Shown here: piece by piece, positions 62,459-64,000 of the stretch | Layout: each line of letters opens with the position of its first letter | Position numbering within the stretch: the first letter of the stretch is position 1 | Assembly (NCBI GenBank): GCA_012838665.1 | Contig: DUOX01000015.1 | Location: 29,133-93,132, forward strand | Origin: Clostridiales bacterium | GTDB taxonomy: Bacteria; Bacillota; Clostridia; Oscillospirales; Oscillospiraceae | Direction of reading: 5' to 3' | Length of the DNA stretch: 64,000 nucleotides | Position numbers and translations under genes: made by a program | Notes under the pieces: generated by a model | Databases searched by the model: none | Told to the model about the DNA's origin: nothing | The model's input: only the letters and a program-made list of their open reading frames with translations

Positions 62459-64000
62459 GAATAAAAAAAATGAGCGCCTCCTTTGGTGCGCTGCAAAACA
62501 GCCGGCTGGAACTGGATAAAGGACTGAACATAGTGTATGCGCCCAACGAGACCGGCAAATCCACCTGGTGCGCTTTTATTAGGGCGATGCTTTACGGCAT
62601 CGATACTTCCGAAAGAGAAAGGGCCGGCTTTAAGCCCGATAAAATTAAATATGCCCCCTGGTCCGGCCGCCCCATGGAGGGGAGCATGGATATCGACTTC
62701 AGGGGCAGTGATATCACCCTTAAAAGGTGGACACGTAAGGCAACGGCTCCTATGCAGGAGTTTTCCGCCGTCTATACGGGCACGGCGGATGCAGTACCCG
62801 GCCTGAGTTCCTCAAGCGCCGGGGAGACAATAACCGGTGTGCCTAAAGGTGTGTTCGAGCGTAGTGCCTTCATACGCCAGGCGGATTTGAGCGTCAGCGG
62901 CAGCCCGGAGTTAGAGCGCCGCATAAGCGCCATAGTTTCCACCGGTGAGGAGGACACTTCCTTCTCCGAGGCGGAAGGCCGCCTGCGGGCATGGCAGCGG
63001 AAGCGCCGCCACAAGAAATATGGAGCCCTGCCCGAGCTGGAAAACAAGATGTCCGAAATCAGGCAGCGCCTGAGGAATATGAAAGACGCCCTGTCGGAGC
63101 GTTGGGAGCTGGAGGAGGCCCTGAGTTTGGCCCAGTCAAGGCGGGAGGAACTCTTCAGGGAAGTTGAGGAGAGCCGGAAGTTCCAGCGCAGGGAGGTATT
63201 AAACAGGCTAACTACAATTCAGAACGAGGTCAGGGAAAGGCAGCAGGCCGCCATGGAAGCCCAGACGGAGACCAGCCGCCGGAGGGAGGAACTGGCTCAG
63301 AGCCTGTTTGGCTTACGGGACCCTGAAACTGTAAAGGAAGATGTCCATAAAGACATGGAACGTGCCTCTGCCCTGAAAGCTCGGGCGGATAAAAGGTTTT
63401 CACCGCTTATATGGATAATCCCCGCCGTGCTTTGCCTTGTTGCCCTGGCGGCTGGCTTTCTGTGGGAATTCGAACTGGTCATAGCGGGAGGCCTGCTCCT
63501 TGCAGTGGCCGCCATGCTTTTTGTGCGTGTGTCGAATAACAACAAGTCCAGCGACAAAGCCCTGGAGGAATTGGAAACAATATTGGATAAATACTCCGCA
63601 CGGGACGAAGGCGGCATTGCGGAGGCGTTAAGCAGGCACAGGGAGCTTTGGGATGCTTGGCAGACAGCCCAGGAAAGGGCAGAGAAGGCCTCTGCTGAGC
63701 TTGAGGCATCCCGGGAACGGCAAAAACAGGCGGACAAGGAGCTTCTAGGGGACCTTGACTTTACCACCGGAGACTCGGAGGCGGCCTATTTGACCCGCAA
63801 ACTGGCCGCTGCGGAGGAAGATGTACGCACACTTCGGGAAAGGGTAGCCACGTCTAAAGGGAGGCTGGAAGCCCAGGGTGACCCCATGGTCCTTGAAACG
63901 GAGCTGAAAAGCCTCAAGTCCCGCTATAACGAGCTTACGGAACAGCACGAGGCCCTTGACCTTGCCATAAACGTCCTGCGGGAGGCCGGGGTGGAGATAC
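62455..64000 (+). CDS. AAA/SMC-like ATPase (YhaN/SbcC-like), 3'-partial at the window end
   Basis: ATGA overlap with the upstream stop. The frame stays open for 515 codons to the window edge, which is why it is absent from the track. It has the Walker A APNETGKST, long coiled-coil segments and an internal double-TM segment. Confidence 0.85.
   Translation, partial: MRIKKMSASFGALQNSRLELDKGLNIVYAPNETGKSTWCAFIRAMLYGIDTSERERAGFKPDKIKYAPWSGRPMEGSMDIDFRGSDITLKRWTRKATAPMQEFSAVYTGTADAVPGLSSSSAGETITGVPKGVFERSAFIRQADLSVSGSPELERRISAIVSTGEEDTSFSEAEGRLRAWQRKRRHKKYGALPELENKMSEIRQRLRNMKDALSERWELEEALSLAQSRREELFREVEESRKFQRREVLNRLTTIQNEVRERQQAAMEAQTETSRRREELAQSLFGLRDPETVKEDVHKDMERASALKARADKRFSPLIWIIPAVLCLVALAAGFLWEFELVIAGGLLLAVAAMLFVRVSNNNKSSDKALEELETILDKYSARDEGGIAEALSRHRELWDAWQTAQERAEKASAELEASRERQKQADKELLGDLDFTTGDSEAAYLTRKLAAAEEDVRTLRERVATSKGRLEAQGDPMVLETELKSLKSRYNELTEQHEALDLAINVLREAGVEI

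Noticed and set aside
1-64000. Mobile elements, prophage, defence islands (restriction-modification, toxin-antitoxin, CRISPR-Cas, abortive infection) and rRNA genes.
   Set aside because: No transposase, integrase, recombinase, phage structural, nuclease-methylase or cas-like ORFs were seen on either strand. I also found no terminal inverted repeats, no rRNA-like sequence, and only a single tRNA.

Overview
A 64-kb chromosomal segment with roughly 50-55% GC by eye. It most likely comes from a spore-forming member of the class Clostridia. The clues are splB and ytvI, a PurO-type IMP cyclohydrolase next to a short PurH, an ECF folate transporter behind a THF riboswitch, and a BceRS-AB module. I found no transposase, integrase, phage, CRISPR or recognisable defence genes.

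Layout:
- 1-12.8 kb: two convergent operons. They pair PyrK/PyrD-like, PyrC-like and PreA-like enzymes with a fumarate-lyase-superfamily enzyme, a malic enzyme, an enolase-superfamily enzyme and a dedicated Liv-type ABC importer. This is the best candidate for an undescribed catabolic pathway.
- 13.4-19.8 kb: a YwaF-like membrane protein, then purE-purM-purN-purO-like-purH(short)-purD.
- 19.8-25.4 kb: nitroreductase, proS, small accessory genes (an orphan DUF1700 protein and a split TauE/SafE pair) and ytvI.
- 25.5-28.6 kb: ACT-domain protein, hom and aspartate kinase.
- 28.7-31.9 kb: padR, ruvX and folT, with a THF riboswitch separating folT from folC.
- 32.2-34.5 kb: rpmG-secE-nusG-rplK-rplA, ending at a strong terminator with no rplJ/rplL following.
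- 34.6-45.5 kb: a block that looks lower in GC. It holds a DUF4236 protein, splB, a FapA-like protein with coding tandem repeats, an amidase, the BceRS-AB-like module, a decayed ArsB/NhaD permease and a small hydrophobic protein.
- 45.6-50.4 kb: a second Liv-type ABC transporter.
- 50.5-64 kb: mixed genes. These include a truncated sfsA fused to a 5'-truncated gene, a group-2-like sigma-70 factor with a co-transcribed unknown, an orphan consensus promoter plus terminator (sRNA candidate), a thioesterase, xdhC, two zinc-ribbon membrane proteins, several sub-60-aa ORFs, tRNA-Arg(ACG), ymdB, and yhaO/yhaN-like genes. The yhaN-like gene runs off the window.

All functional calls come from reading motifs in the translated ORFs by eye. 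No searches were run.
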